Source: Squalus acanthias
Taxonomy: Eukaryota
Reading direction: 5' to 3'
Length of the DNA stretch: 64,000 bases
NCBI GenBank assembly: GCA_030390025.1
Contig: CM059433.1
Span: forward strand, 1,302,001 to 1,366,000
The position numbers and the translations under genes were made by a program. The notes below the pieces were generated by a model. That model saw only the letters and a program-made list of their open reading frames with translations. It made no database searches and was not told the origin of the DNA. The number at the start of each line of letters is the position of its first letter. Within the stretch, counting starts at the first letter, position 1. Below, in pieces: positions 11,780 through 24,262 of this stretch.

Positions 11780-12015
11780 CTTTGGGAAGTGCCTAGCTTT
11801 TACTCGACAAGGGGTACTTCTACTAGGTTGGGCTCCCAGTATATGCCTCATCTGTTAGGAGTGTACATTGGGAGTTCAGGTGAACGCTCCCCATGAATTT
11901 CCATTCATTAATGAGTTGCAACTTGTGGGCAGCGTGGAGGCCTGAACTCCGGATAGGCATTCCTGGCGGGCAAACTCTGCGCCGGGAGCCAGAACTCATA
12001 AGCTCACCGCTTCCA
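11780..12015. mobile_element. Old palindromic MITE-like element
   Basis: Nested inverted pairs GGCTCCC/GGGAGCC, GGAGTTCAGG/CCTGAACTCC, ACGCT/AGCGT. Confidence 0.45.
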
Positions 12016-12768
12016 TTACCTTCGGTGCCCAGTCAAGGCCAGGACGTTGTCATACAGTGAGAACGGTAGGCAGGGAGCTGCAGCTTCCCTATTCTACTCC
12101 GTGTCATGTAGAGGGATTCGAAAGAAAACAAGCTGTATAAAAATGTTCAGCTCATCTTAAACATTTCTTAATGTCCCACTTTGTGGTTGAAAGAATGTAG
12201 TGCTTGTCACAGGGAATGTTGCCAGGCTCCCTGCCAGAGTCGCTGCCAACATCCTGAAGCACTGACAGGCTGGTGCTCCAAGTGCCAAGAAAAATAAATT
12301 GTTAGGATTTCTCAACAGTAACTGGCATTTTAACCTCTTATCATTTAAGGATGTAAGGATTTATTTCACTAATTTATTCATTTGTATTCAAATCTAATTA
12401 TGAGCTAATTTTCTGGGAAAAAACTGTTTGTTAGAATGGTACTTTCCATAGGTTCAATGCCAGAAAAATTTCTCATATTTTCTTGGAAATGCCCCTATAA
12501 AGGGTTAATTTTACATTGGTCTCATTAAACCTCTAACCTGCTGCAGATTTACAGGTTACATTGCACATCCTGCATCGTACCAATAGTGCCTCTTATTGGT
12601 TATACATGGTACTGCATTTGCGTTATAAATGTCATTGGAATCTCCCAGCTGAAGAGGAAGTCTTCAGGTGAAGTGCACATTTACATTCTGCCCTTACATT
12701 TATTCTCTTCCATTTTCTTGCAACCTGCTCAGGGTCCTGCATTAAAATTGCTTCCTAATCAGTTCCCC

Positions 12769-13110
12769 TCAGCCTTGGCTCAGTGGTAGCACTCTCGCCT
12801 CTGAGTCAGAAGGGTGTGAATTCAAGTCCCACTCCAAAAACATGAGCACATAATCTAGGTTGGCACTTCTGTGCTGTGCTGAGGGAGTGCTGCACTGTCG
12901 GAGGTGCCGTCTTGCAGATGAGACGTTAAACCGAGGCCTCAACTGCCCTCTCAGGTGGACGTAAAAGATCCCATGGCACTATTCGAAGAAGAGCAGGGGA
13001 GTTCTCCCAGTGTCCTGGCCAATATTTATCCCACAACCATTACCTAAAATAGATGATCTGGTCATTTATTTAATTGCTGTTTGTGGGAGCTTGCTGTGTG
13101 CAAATTGACT
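12769..13110 (+). mobile_element. Deu-domain-type SINE, 3' truncated at an L2 junction
   Basis: Head CAGCCTTGGCTCAGTGGTAGCACTCTCGCC; colinear until about 13110. Confidence 0.88.
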
Positions 13111-14630
13111 GACAGCTTGGTTAAAAAATTGGACTTTAAAGAGGGTCTTAAAGGAGGAGAGAGAGGCGGAGAGGCGGAAAGGCTTAGGGAGGCAATTCCA
13201 GAGCTTAGAGTCTATACGGCTGAAGGCATGGCTGCCAAAGATAGGGTGAAGGAAGTGGGGATGCACAAGAAACAAGAGTTGGATGAACACAGAGTTCCCG
13301 CAGGGTAGTAGGGATGGAGGAGATTACAGAGATAGGGAGGGGCGAGGCCACAGAGGGATTTGAACATGAAGATGAGAATTTTAAAATCAAGGCTTTAGTA
13401 GACCAGGAGCCAATGTAGGCCAGCGAGCACAGGGGTGATGGGTGAGCGGGACTTGGTGCAGGTTAGGATATGAGCAGCACAGTTTTGGATGAGCTCAAGT
13501 TTATGGAGGATGGAAGATGGTATTTTGATCAGGAGAGCATTGGAATAGTTGAGTCTGGAGGTAACAAAATCACAGATGAGAGTTTCAACAACAGATGGCC
13601 TGAGACAGAGGCGGAGATGGGTGAAGTTACAAAGGCGGACGTAGACAGTCTTTTGATGGAGAAGATCAAGTTCAAAAGCTCAGTTCAGGGCCAAGTAGGA
13701 CGATGAGGTTAAAACAGTCTGGCTCAGCCTGAGACAGTGGCGAGAGAGAGGGATAGATTCGGTAGCGAGGGAACAAAGTTTGTGGCGGGGGCCGAGGGCA
13801 ATGGCTTTGGTCTTCCCAGTGTTTAATTGTGGGAAATTGCAGCTGATCCAGGACTGAATGTCAGACAAGCAGTCTGAGAACAGAGAGTCAGTGGAGGGGT
13901 CGAGAGAGGTGGTGGTGAAGCAGAGCTGGGTGTCGTCAGCGTATCTGTGGAACTTGACGTCATGTCTTTGGATGATGTCACTGATGGGCAGCGTGTAGAT
14001 GAGAAATAGGAGGTGGTGCAAGGATAGATCCTTGGGGGACACCAGAGGTAACGGTGCAGGGTCAGGAAGAGAAGCCATTACTGGGGATTGTCTGGCTATG
14101 ACTGGATAGGTAAGAGTGGAAGCAGGCAAGGGCAATTGAGGAGAGTCATCGAAGGATGGTGGTGTGGTCAACTATGTCAAAGTTGAAGCGAGGTCAAGAA
14201 GGATGAGAAGTGATAGTACACCACGGTCACAGAGGATGTCATTTTGATTAGCACCGTTTCAGTGCTGTGCTGGGGAGGAAATCCGATTGGAGAGGTTTGA
14301 ACATGGAGCTGTGGGAAAGAGGGTCAAGGATTTGGGAGGAGACAACACGTTCACGGAATTTGAAGAGGAAAGGGAGGAAGGTTGCAAGGACAGAAGGGTC
14401 AAGGGTGGAATTTTGATGAGGCGGGTGATGAAGGCAGATATGAATGGGAGGGGGGCAGTACCTGAGGAGAGGGAACTGTTTACAAGATCAGCTAGCACAG
14501 GTGGCAGGAAAGGAAGCTGAATGTTCAGCCGTTTAGTAGGAATAGGGTTGAGAGAGCAGGAGGTGGGTCTCATGGACATGGTGAGCTTGGAGAGTGCATG
14601 AGGAGAGATAGGAGAGAAACTAGACAAAAG
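13106..14630 (-). mobile_element. Degenerate L2-clade LINE ORF2 fragment
   Basis: LFLIYTLP..HDVKFHRYADDTQL, QLNTGKTKAI, PTSCSLNPIPT and LWNCLPK motifs spread over several frames. Confidence 0.85.
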
Positions 14631-15132
14631 GTGCTTCATATTGGGAATGGTATGCCAAAATGTAGTCTGAACAAGTCTTTCCTAATTAGCATCTGAGTGA
14701 GGCATAAACATATGGACCTTTGCAATTCAGTGAAAAATCTCTTCAAAATTTATTGAAGAGCGTAAAAGGAAGGCACAGCAAAAACTCGAGCATTCTCATA
14801 CAATGCCTGCCTTTATGTGCGAGAATTTAGAATTGCAAAATCTAGTGCAAGGTCACTAAATGACTCATTACTTTACATTACATTGCAAAAACACTGCTTA
14901 AGATTTCTCTGCACCTTGGCACTCGATAAATAAATGATCCGATGACATGATTCCTGACTCACTGGGACAACCACAGCCACCATTCTGCTAAGCATTCGGA
15001 AGTTAAAGGGCCATTTCCACATTATTTAGAAACATAGAAACATAGAAACATAGAAGATAGGAGCAGGAGTAGGCCATTCGGCCCCTCGAGCCTGCTCCGC
15101 CATTCGATGAGATCATGGCTGATCATCTAAAC

Positions 15133-17994
15133 TCAGTACCCTGTACCTGCCTTCTCCCCATATCCCTTCATACCTTTAGCTTTAAGAAATATATCTAACT
15201 CATCCTTGAATATATTTAATGACTTCGCCTCAACTACCTTCTGTGGTAGAGAATTCCACAGGTTCACCACTCTCTGGGTGAAGAAATTCTTCCTCATTTC
15301 TGTCCTAAATGGTTTACCCGTTATCCGTAGATTATGACCCCTGGTTCTGGACTCTCCGACCATCGGGAACATTCTTCCTGCATCTAGTTTGTCCAGACCT
15401 GTCAGAATTTTATATTTTTCGATGAGATCCCCTCTCATTCTTCTATACTCCAGTGAGTATAAGCCCAATCGACCCAATCTCTCCTCATATGTCATTCCTG
15501 CCATCCCAGGTATCAGCCTTGTGAATCTTCGCTGAACTCCTTCCATGACAAGAACATCCTTCCTCAGATAAGGTGACCAAAACTGCACACAGTACTCAAG
15601 GTGTGGTCTCACCAAGGCCCTGTACAACTGCAGCAGGACATCCCTGTTCCTATACTCAAACCCTTTCGCTATGAAGGCCAACATACCATTTGCCTTCTTC
15701 ACCGCCTGCTGCACCTGCATGCTTACTTTCAGCGACTGGTGCACAAGGACACCCAGGTCTCGTTGCACTTCCCCTTCTCCCAATCTATTGCCATTCAGAT
15801 AATAGTCTGCCTTTCTGTTTTTGACACCAAAGTGGATAACCTCGCACTTATCCACGTTATATTGCATCTGCCACGCTTCTGCCCACTCACCCAACCTGTC
15901 CAGATCATCCTAGAGTTTCTCACTATCCTCCTCGCAGCACACACTCCCACCCAGCTTTGTGTCATCTGCAAACTTGGAGATATTACATTTAATTCCCTTA
16001 TCTAGATCATTAATGTATATTGTGAATAGCTGGGGCCCAAGGACCGATCCCTGCGGTACCCCACTAGTCAGTGCTTGCCACTCGGAAAAAGACCCATTAA
16101 TTCCTACTCTCTGCTTTCTGTCCGCCAACCAGTTCTCTATCCAAGTCAATACCTTGCCCCCAATCCCATGTGCCTTAACTTTACATGCTAATCTCTTATG
16201 CGGGACCTTATCGAAAGCCTTTTGAAAGTCCAAATACACCACATCTACTGGTTCTCCCTTATCTATTTTCCCAGTTACATCCTCAAAAAATTCCAGTAGA
16301 TTAGTCAAGCACGATTTACCTTTTGCAAATCCATGTTGACTTTGTCCGATCCTGTCACTGTTTTTCAAATGCTCAGCTATTACATCCTTTATAATGGACT
16401 CTAGCATTTTCCCCACTACCGATGTCAGGCTTACTGGTCTGTAATTCCCCGCTTTCTCTCTACCACCCTTTTTGAATAGTGGGGTAACATTAGCTACCCT
16501 CCAATCCATGGGTACAGTTCCAGATTCCATCGAATGTTGGAAGATGATCAGCAATGCATCTACTATTTCTAGGGCCACTTCCTTAAGTACCCTAGGATGT
16601 AGATTATCAGGCCCTGGGGATTTATCGGCCTTCAATACCGTCAATTTCCCTAACACCATTACCCTGCAAATACTGATTTCTTTCAGTTCCTCCCTTTCAT
16701 CAGACCGTATGTTCTCCAACATCTCTGGGAGGTTATTTGTGTCCTCCTTTGTGAAGACAGAACCAAAATATGCATTTAATTGGGCTGCCATTTCTTTGTT
16801 CCCCATTATAACTTGCCCCGCTTCTGACTGCAAGGGACCTACACTTGATTTCACTAATCTTTTTCTCTTCACATATCTATAAAAGCTCTTACAGTCAGTT
16901 TTTATGTTCCCAGCAAGCTTACTTTCATATTCTATTTTCCCCTTCTTAATTAATCCCTTTGTCCTCCTTTGTTGAATCCTAAACTGCTCCCAATCCTCAG
17001 GGCTACCGCTTTTTCTGGCCAATTTATATGCCCTCTCCTTGGATCTTATGCTATCCTTAATTTCCCTTGTTAGCCACGGTTGAGTCACCCTTTTTGTTTT
17101 ATTCTTATGCCACACTGGGATGGACAAATTCTGTAGTTCATCCATGCAGTCTTTGAATGTTTGCCATTGCCTATCCACCGTCAACCCCTTGAGTGACATT
17201 CCCCAATCAATCCTACCCAATTCGCGCCTCATACCATCGTAGTTTCCTTTATTTAAATTCAGGACCCTAGTCTCTGATTCAACTACTTCACTCTCCATCC
17301 TAATGAAGAATTCTATCATATTATGATCACTCTGACCCAAGGGGCCTCGTACAACAAGATTGCTAATTAATCCTTTCTCATTACATAATACCCAGTCTAA
17401 GATGGCCTGATCTCTGGTTGGTTCCTCGACATATTGTTCCAGAAAACCATCTCGTAAACATTCTAGGAATTCCTCCTCCACAGTATTTTTACTAATTTGG
17501 TTAGCCCAATCTATATATAAATTAAAGTCACCCATGATGACTGCTGTGCCCTTACTGCATGCTTCTCTAATTTCCCTTTTAATGCCGTCCCCAACCTCCG
17601 TATTACTGTTTGGAGGTCTATATACCACTCCCACTAACGTTTTCTGCCCCTTGTTATTTCTCAGTTCTACCCATACAGATTCCGCATCATCAGAGCTAAT
17701 ATCCTTCCTTTCAATTGTGTTAATCCCCTCTTTAACCAGCAATGCTACCCCACCTCCCTTTATTTTTTGCCTATCTTTCCTAAATATTGAATAACCCTGG
17801 ATGTTGAGTTCCCAGCCTTGGCCACCCTGGAGCCATGTTTCTGTAATCCCAATCAAATCGTATTCATTTACCTCTATTTGCGCAGCTAATTCATCCACCT
17901 TGTTCCGAATGCTCCTTGCATTAAGACACAAAGCCTTCAGGCTTGTTTTTTTAACGCTCTCAGACCTATATGAATTATTATTTACTGTGACCAT
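15133..17994 (-). pseudogene. CR1 ORF2 (AP endonuclease + reverse transcriptase), one premature TAG
   Basis: CLNARS, GITETW, MGDFN, SDH endonuclease motifs; GVPQGSVLGP and FADD RT motifs. ORFs 15910-17994 and 15133-15894 share a frame; TAG at 15910-15912 where sister copies have CAG. Confidence 0.93.
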
Positions 17995-18116
17995 GTTTGA
18001 TTTAAACCGTTGAGTTCTTTGCCTTCTACTTTTGTTTTTCTCCTTCCTGTCTTTAGCTTTTATCCTTATTTCCCTTTCCTCTGTCTCCCTGCTCAGGTTC
18101 CCAACCCCCTGCCACT

Positions 18117-19067
18117 TTAGTTTAAACCCTCCCCAACAGCACTAGCAAACACTCCCCCTAGGACATCGGTCCCGGCCCTGCCCAGGTGCAGACCGTCCCG
18201 TTTGTACTGGTCCCACCTCCCCCAGAACCGGTTCCAATGTCCAAGGAATTTGAATCCCTCCCCCTTGCACCATTCCTCTAGCCACGTATTCATTTGAAAT
18301 ATCCTCCTATTTCTACTCTGACTAGCATGTGGCACTGGTAGCAATCCTGAGATTACTACCTTTGAGATCCTCTTTTTTAATTTACCTCCTAACTCCCTAT
18401 ATTCTGCTTTTAGGACCTCATCCCGTTTTCTACCTATATCGTTGATGCCTATGTGCACCACGACAACTGGCTGTTCGCCCTCCCCCTCCAAAGTGTTCTG
18501 TAGCCGCTCCGAGACGTCCTTGACCCTTGCACCAGGGCGGCAACACACCATCCTGGAGTCTCGATTGCGGCCGCAGAAACGCCTATCTATTCCCCTTACA
18601 ATTGAATCCCCTATCACTATAGCTCTTCCACACTTTTTCCTCCCAGCCTGTGCAGCAGAGCCACCCATGGTGCCAGGAAGTTGGCTGCTGCCGCCTTCCC
18701 CTGATAAGTCATCCCCCCCAACAGCATCCAAAGTGGTATATCTGTTTGAGAGGGGGATGGCCACAGGGGACCCCTGCACTACCTGCCTGCACCTCTTACT
18801 CTGCCTGGTGGTCACCCATTCACTTCCTGCCTGTACACCCTTTACCTGCGGTGTGACCAACTCGCTAAACGTGTTATTCCCGACGTTCTCAGCGTCGCGA
18901 ATGCTCCAATATGCATCCATCCGCAGCTCCAGCGCCGAAATGCGGTCTGTCAGTAGCTGCAGCTGGATACATTTCCCACACACATGGTCGTCAGGGACAC
19001 AGGAAGTGTCCCTGATTTCCCACATATTGCAGGAGGAGCATATCACGGGGCGGAGCTCTCCTGCCAT
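18117..19067 (-). CDS. CR1 ORF1p: C2-C2 zinc finger/leucine zipper plus SGNH esterase domain, 316 aa
   Basis: CSSC..CGKC, IGDS, HIGIND and DGLH motifs; intact frame. Confidence 0.92.
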   Translation of the reverse strand: MAGELRPVICSSCNMWEIRDTSCVPDDHVCGKCIQLQLLTDRISALELRMDAYWSIRDAENVGNNTFSELVTPQVKGVQAGSEWVTTRQSKRCRQVVQGSPVAIPLSNRYTTLDAVGGDDLSGEGGSSQLPGTMGGSAAQAGRKKCGRAIVIGDSIVRGIDRRFCGRNRDSRMVCCRPGARVKDVSERLQNTLEGEGEQPVVVVHIGINDIGRKRDEVLKAEYRELGGKLKKRISKVVISGLLPVPHASQSRNRRIFQMNTWLEEWCKGEGFKFLGHWNRFWGRWDQYKRDGLHLGRAGTDVLGGVFASAVGEGLN

Positions 19068-19337
19068 GACTTACCCTTTAATTAATTAATTAAAATTAAA
19101 CTAATTGAATCCCACCAATTTCACTTCAATTAAATGATATACTCAAGGGCCCTTGCTTAACAGCAGTCCCCGCTACACCACAGAGACTCTAGAAACTATA
19201 AACCACAGAATTTAAGTATGGAAAAAAGGAGAAAAAGAGAAATACTCACCAACCAATCACTTACCTGCTTTCTGGTGACGTCACACTTTGATTATTTTCT
19301 ACTTCTCTCTCTCCCGCTCTCGGGGCTCAGATTGGTA

Positions 19338-19531
19338 GCCTACCTGGTCGCCGCCTCTTTTACAGCCGCCGCCTCGCCGCTGTCGCTCCACCCAGGTCCG
19401 CCGCCTCTGTGGGCCTACCTGGTCGCCGCCTCTTTTACAGCCGCCGCCTCGCCGCTGTCGCTCCACCCAGGTCCGCCGTCTCTGTGGGCCTACCTGGTCG
19501 CCGAGTCTTTTACAGCCGCCGCCTCGCCGCT
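19338..19531 (-). repeat. 75-bp GC-rich tandem monomers at the CR1 5' end (about 2.6 copies)
   Basis: CCTACCTGGTCGCCG recurs at 19339, 19414 and 19489. Confidence 0.9.
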
Positions 19532-19738
19532 TCTTGTAGGTTTTGATATTTATAAAAAAATCTGCATTCTCTATTCGAGTGTGATGCAGCATTGCGTTTC
19601 TATCCAGCTCCCTTTGCTCCAACGAGCTGTTTTTATTTTAATTTTACAAAAAAGTAGCAACAAAATCCGCTTCTTGGTGCATCTAGCACGAGCCTGACAT
19701 CAACTCCTTTCTCTGCAGCTCCAGATCAAAGTTCGGTC

Positions 19739-20280
19739 AACAACAACAACAATAACAACAACTTATATTTATATAGCGCCATTAACATAGTACAATGTCC
19801 CTAAGGCACTTCACAAGAGCGTTATCAGACAAATTAACACCTAACCAAAGAAGGAGACATTACGAAAAGCTGAACAAAAAGCTTGGTCAAAGTTGTGGGA
19901 TTTAAGAAGCGGTTTAAGGAGGAGAGAGAGCGGAGAGGTGAAGAGGTTTACAAGGGAATTCTGGAGAATATGGCCCAGACCGCTGAAGATGCAGCTACCA
20001 ATAGCGGGCGAAGAAAGTCAGGGAATGTTTAAGAAGCCAGAATTGGAGGAATGCAGAGATCTCGGGGGTGGGGGGGCGGGGGGGCGTTGTAGGGATGAAG
20101 GAAGTTACAGAGATAGGGAGGGACAAGGTCATGAAGCGATTTGAAAATAGGGATGAGAATTTTAATTTTGAGGCGTTGGTGGAGCTAATGTAGGTCAGCG
20201 AGCCTCTGGCTGACGGGTGAACAGGACTTGGTGTGAGTTAGAATACAGGCAGCAGAGTTTTGGATAAGCTCAAGTTCATG
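19739..20280 (-). mobile_element. L2 LINE 3' end
   Basis: (CAA)n tail then TTATATAGCGCC (shared with SINE tails); body similar to 13110-13500. Confidence 0.8.
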
Positions 20281-22227
20281 GTGAAGGAAAAATTGTTGCA
20301 AGGCAATTAACAGAAAGAGAGTATGACAGCAACACAGTGACAATATTAGGTTGCCAATCACATCTCATGGTATAAATTCATTAGTTTTCACATCCATTCT
20401 GCTAAAGTTTGAGAAAAAATAATTTTAAAGTTAATTCTGCAATAAAAATATTATCTCATATGGCACGGTTTCCAGATCAGGCTGTTCCTTGGAACTGAGC
20501 CTCCTGAAAGCTTCCTGTGAAGGCACCTCTTCAAAGCTCCGTAAATTGGATTGTTAATTCCTCTGAGATCTGCTGTAAAGCCAGTGTACATTCTGATGAG
20601 GCTGATCCCAAATTATTCTACCTGCACACACTTGACAGGCAGAACCCGTTCAGACAAAGTAGGAAGCGAGCATGTGGGTGGTTCATTACATGCCAACGGA
20701 AAATTAGTCATTTTTGGTACATGTGCAAACAGGAGATCCAGACTAAATCCATTCATACAAAGTGCATCTACCACAGAAAGGGATTTGATTTTTTTGGAGC
20801 CAACATAAAGGGATCTTTATCTGTTAGCCTCATGGCATGTGTGATCATCCCATGGTCCTCTTTATGAATTATTCTTTATTAGCAGTAATTATTTAGGATA
20901 GCTTGTTTACTGTAAGATCTCTGCTCGTGACCAACCTACAGACACAAAAACAGCCCGATAGATAAAACATAGTAGCAACTAGAAGTTGAGCGAGACTGTC
21001 ATTTCCTAAACAAACTATTGTTTTGTGTGCAAGTTATGTGCTTGGGTGTTGATACTCTGGCTGCCATTGCGGCACCCTTTACCAAATAATGATTAACAGT
21101 AACTCCATGCTTAAAATGATATTCCTTGCACCCCTCACTTTATTTACATATGAAAGAAGGCGCCTTGCCTGCTCATTAATGCCACTGCCTATCAGCCATT
21201 TGCTGAATTACTACAGTCGCCCAGCTTTCATTACAAATGGTCCATCCGAGGCCACAGGAAGTCATTCACTTCCTAATTACCTTCACTTCAAAGAAGCCAT
21301 GAAGTAGCACACAATAAAGCCAATCTGTTTGGTTATAAAAGAAAACAGTAATGGCCAACTCTAATTGCTTTATTATTTTCAAAGGGCTTCACAAAATCCA
21401 AAGCCCCATTTACACAAAAGCTGTAAACTTGCAATTGTTGCTAATTAAAATCCATAATGCTGCCATCCCCCGTCTCTTCTTTCTGTTGCTAGCTTCACTT
21501 CATTGATAGTATGGATTCCACTCAGTGTCAAACCAATAGCTTAAAATCCATTATAAAGCTATGGGTATGAAAGGTTTACACTGGATATACAACGGGACTC
21601 AGTAATTTACCTAAAAACAAACTACTGAGTAATGTTGGATGCATAATTTTAAAGTCCAAAGTATTCACTTAGAGGTTTATTTCTTTAAAGATAAAATAAA
21701 ATGCAAGGAGAGTCATTTTGTTCAAAGCACACCCCATTTTCATATTAGAAGGTAGCGCTTTTCCCAGGTATTCGTTGGAGGTTGTTTTAAATGGCAATTT
21801 AACAGGGCGTTGAATAGGATCTCCCATCCTGCTAATCAGTTATGTGGGACATCCAGGAGCAGCTCTTTGTAAGTAGCAGGAGGTGCGATCTCAAGCCGGC
21901 TTGAGAGCTGCTCCAGAGCCACCCAGCCCCAGGAAACCACACTACATAATAGAGATTCAAATGTCACAGCCTGTCACCTGACCTCCTGGGGTCAGGTGGC
22001 TCTCATGATGGACCGTCGGCGCACTTCCACTACAGAGTGCAAGAGGATGTTCCTTGTAACTGCTGTCATCAGGGCGGGTCGAGCACGGACTAAAACCCTA
22101 CTCAAGGCTCTCTGTGCCACTGATAAAAAATTTTTTTTAATATAATTGGATGATATAATTGACAAAAGTGTTATTTTCTTCCATAAAATGGGGAATGCTT
22201 TGTACAAAAAATACTTGCCCCACACTT

Positions 22228-22500
22228 TGATGAAAATCGGGGATACGCAAGAGGCCAGAACTGGAGGAGCGCCGAGATCTCGGAGGGATTTAGAGCTGGA
22301 GGAGGTTACAGAGATAGGGAGGGACGAGACCATGGAGGGATTTGAAAACAAGGATGAGAATTTTAAAATCAAGGCGTTGCCAGACCAGAAGCCAATGTAG
22401 GTCAGCGAGCACAGGGGTGATGGGTGAACAGGACTTGGAGGGAGTTAGGACACGGGCAGCAGAGTTTTGGATGAGCTCAAGTTTACAGAGGGTGAAAGGT
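22228..22500 (-). mobile_element. L2 LINE fragment
   Basis: Close match to 13255-13515 (GATGAGAATTTTAAAATCAAGGC...GAGTTTTGGATGAGCTCAAG). Confidence 0.8.
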
Positions 22501-22699
22501 GGAAGGGTTTCAACTGGGCTACTGCCTGCCTTTAACTGCTGGAAAATCCAGCAAATATTGCCAGGTCCAAGGGGGATGCTGGATCCTCAAACCCCAGGAA
22601 AACCCAGAGAGGTGCCCTTATTTAAGTGGGTGGATTATTCTTTCCTTTAATGGTGGCCGTGGCCCAGGCCAGGAGCCCAAGATGGGGCCCAGATCGAAC

Positions 22700-22940
22700 A
22701 CCTTTCACTATTCTCAAGACATCCTAAAGTGCTTCACAGCCAATGAATTACTTTTGCAGTGATATGTAAAAACGCAGCAGCCAATTGGCCCACAACAAAC
22801 TCCGACAAAGAGAAAGTAAGAATGATCAGAGAGATTGTTTCTGGTGATGTTAATTGAAGGAATAATGTTGGTTAAGACATCAGGAGAATTGTCAATTCTT
22901 CTTCAAATAGGTTCATGGGATCGTTTATATCCACCTGAAC
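22700..22940 (-). mobile_element. Highly diverged SINE fragment
   Basis: AAGTGCTTCACAGCCAATGAATTACTTTTG and CTTCTTCAAATAG..CATGGGATC...TCCACCTGA landmarks. Confidence 0.6.
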
Positions 22941-23620
22941 AAGCTAACGTTTTACATACAAACATATGAAAAAGGATAGGTAAAGACCGGCTGGTCCATC
23001 AGGCCTGTCCTATACTGTTATGTTACAACATCTGCATACCATCACTCACCCACCAGACTCGAATCCTACTGGGAGAGGCAAAAAAAAAGAGAAAAAAACT
23101 TTAGGCTAATTTAGAAAATTCTTCTCCCATGTGCAAAGATGATCAGGCAAGTTCTCGGAGACCAGGATGTGGAGAGACATTTCACTCAGTCCCCACATAC
23201 ATTCCATAGGCAGTAATGCTGGCCACACTCAGGAATTCATCCCGTTAATATCACATCCAAAAAACAAGGCCTCCAATAACGCTGCACTCCCTCAGAACTA
23301 CACTGAAGTATCAACTGAGCCAAACGGACGCTGCTGCTGGCTGGCTTCCTTCTTGTCTGCTTTACTTCATCGGTTTAAGAAAAAGAAAAAGGCAAATATA
23401 AACCCTCCTGTACTATTGTCACAGGAAAATGAAATATCACCCCTTGGCCAAGTCTGCCTTGATTAGGTTTGATCTGTTCTGAGTTGCAGTCAGTCCTATC
23501 CAGTGTTTTCAAATACCAAGCTAGCCACTGAAATCCCTGCAACAATGTCCTTACTTCATGTGCATTGGATCTAATATTCTGTTTATATTGGCAAAAGGAG
23601 GTAGATTCAGCCAGAAATTA

Positions 23621-24262
23621 GGGCCGATTTTAACCCTAACCACCCAGTGGAAATCGGATAAATCAGTTAAAATCAACTGGGCAACTTACACACCCATGTG
23701 CTGCCTGGATCCCACCATCATCAATTTCCACTGCTCTTCTCAGTAGAAGGCAGAAGTACCCGCCTGAAGCCCGCAGGGTCCTTCGATAAAATATGTAGCT
23801 CGAGGTCCGATGACATCATCGATTTTAACTCCAGCCTGAGTAGTGAAGGCGTTGCGGCATTCCTGCCAGGTAAATACGAGTGAGAAGCGGCTCGGAAGAA
23901 GAAGAGGCCATTCGAGATAAGTTTTTTACTCTCCTTTGTGTGATCAAGAGGGGTAGGCATGCTCCTTCAGGCCTCACAAGGAAAGTTTAGGCCTCTTCTA
24001 CCCTGGACCCTCCCTCCCTTCTACAGCGCGAGACCTGGGTGCTGGCAGGTGGCCAATGGCTGCTTGAATTTCCACAGACTGGCAGCCATTTCCTGCCCAC
24101 CTTCCACCAGGAATGTGCGGGAAGTCGACTGGCAGCATGTTAATGAGGCGCGAGGGTTCAAATCGCCGTGGGCTCATCTGCCACGGACGGGCGAGAATCT
24201 AACTGAAACCGATGGTATCCTGTTGAAAACCCAGTTTAACTGCCAGTTAAATTTGCACCCCC
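23621..24262. mobile_element. Non-autonomous Harbinger-like element(s)
   Basis: Left GGGCCGATTTTAAC after TTA, right GTTAAATTTGCACCCC; GC-rich interior. Confidence 0.5.

Larger units (their letters stand above)
15027..19531 (-). mobile_element. Full-length CR1 LINE
   Basis: GC-rich tandem 5' end, ORF1, ORF2, 3' UTR and (TTCTATGT)n tail; no clear TSD. Confidence 0.95.

Noticed and set aside
17998..18007. Second TTTAAAT slippery-like site before the ORF2 ATG
   Set aside because: Phased TTT AAA in the ORF2 frame, so not positioned for -1 slippage.
18442..19089. 215-aa antisense ORF over CR1 ORF1
   Set aside because: Shadow frame with no domain features.
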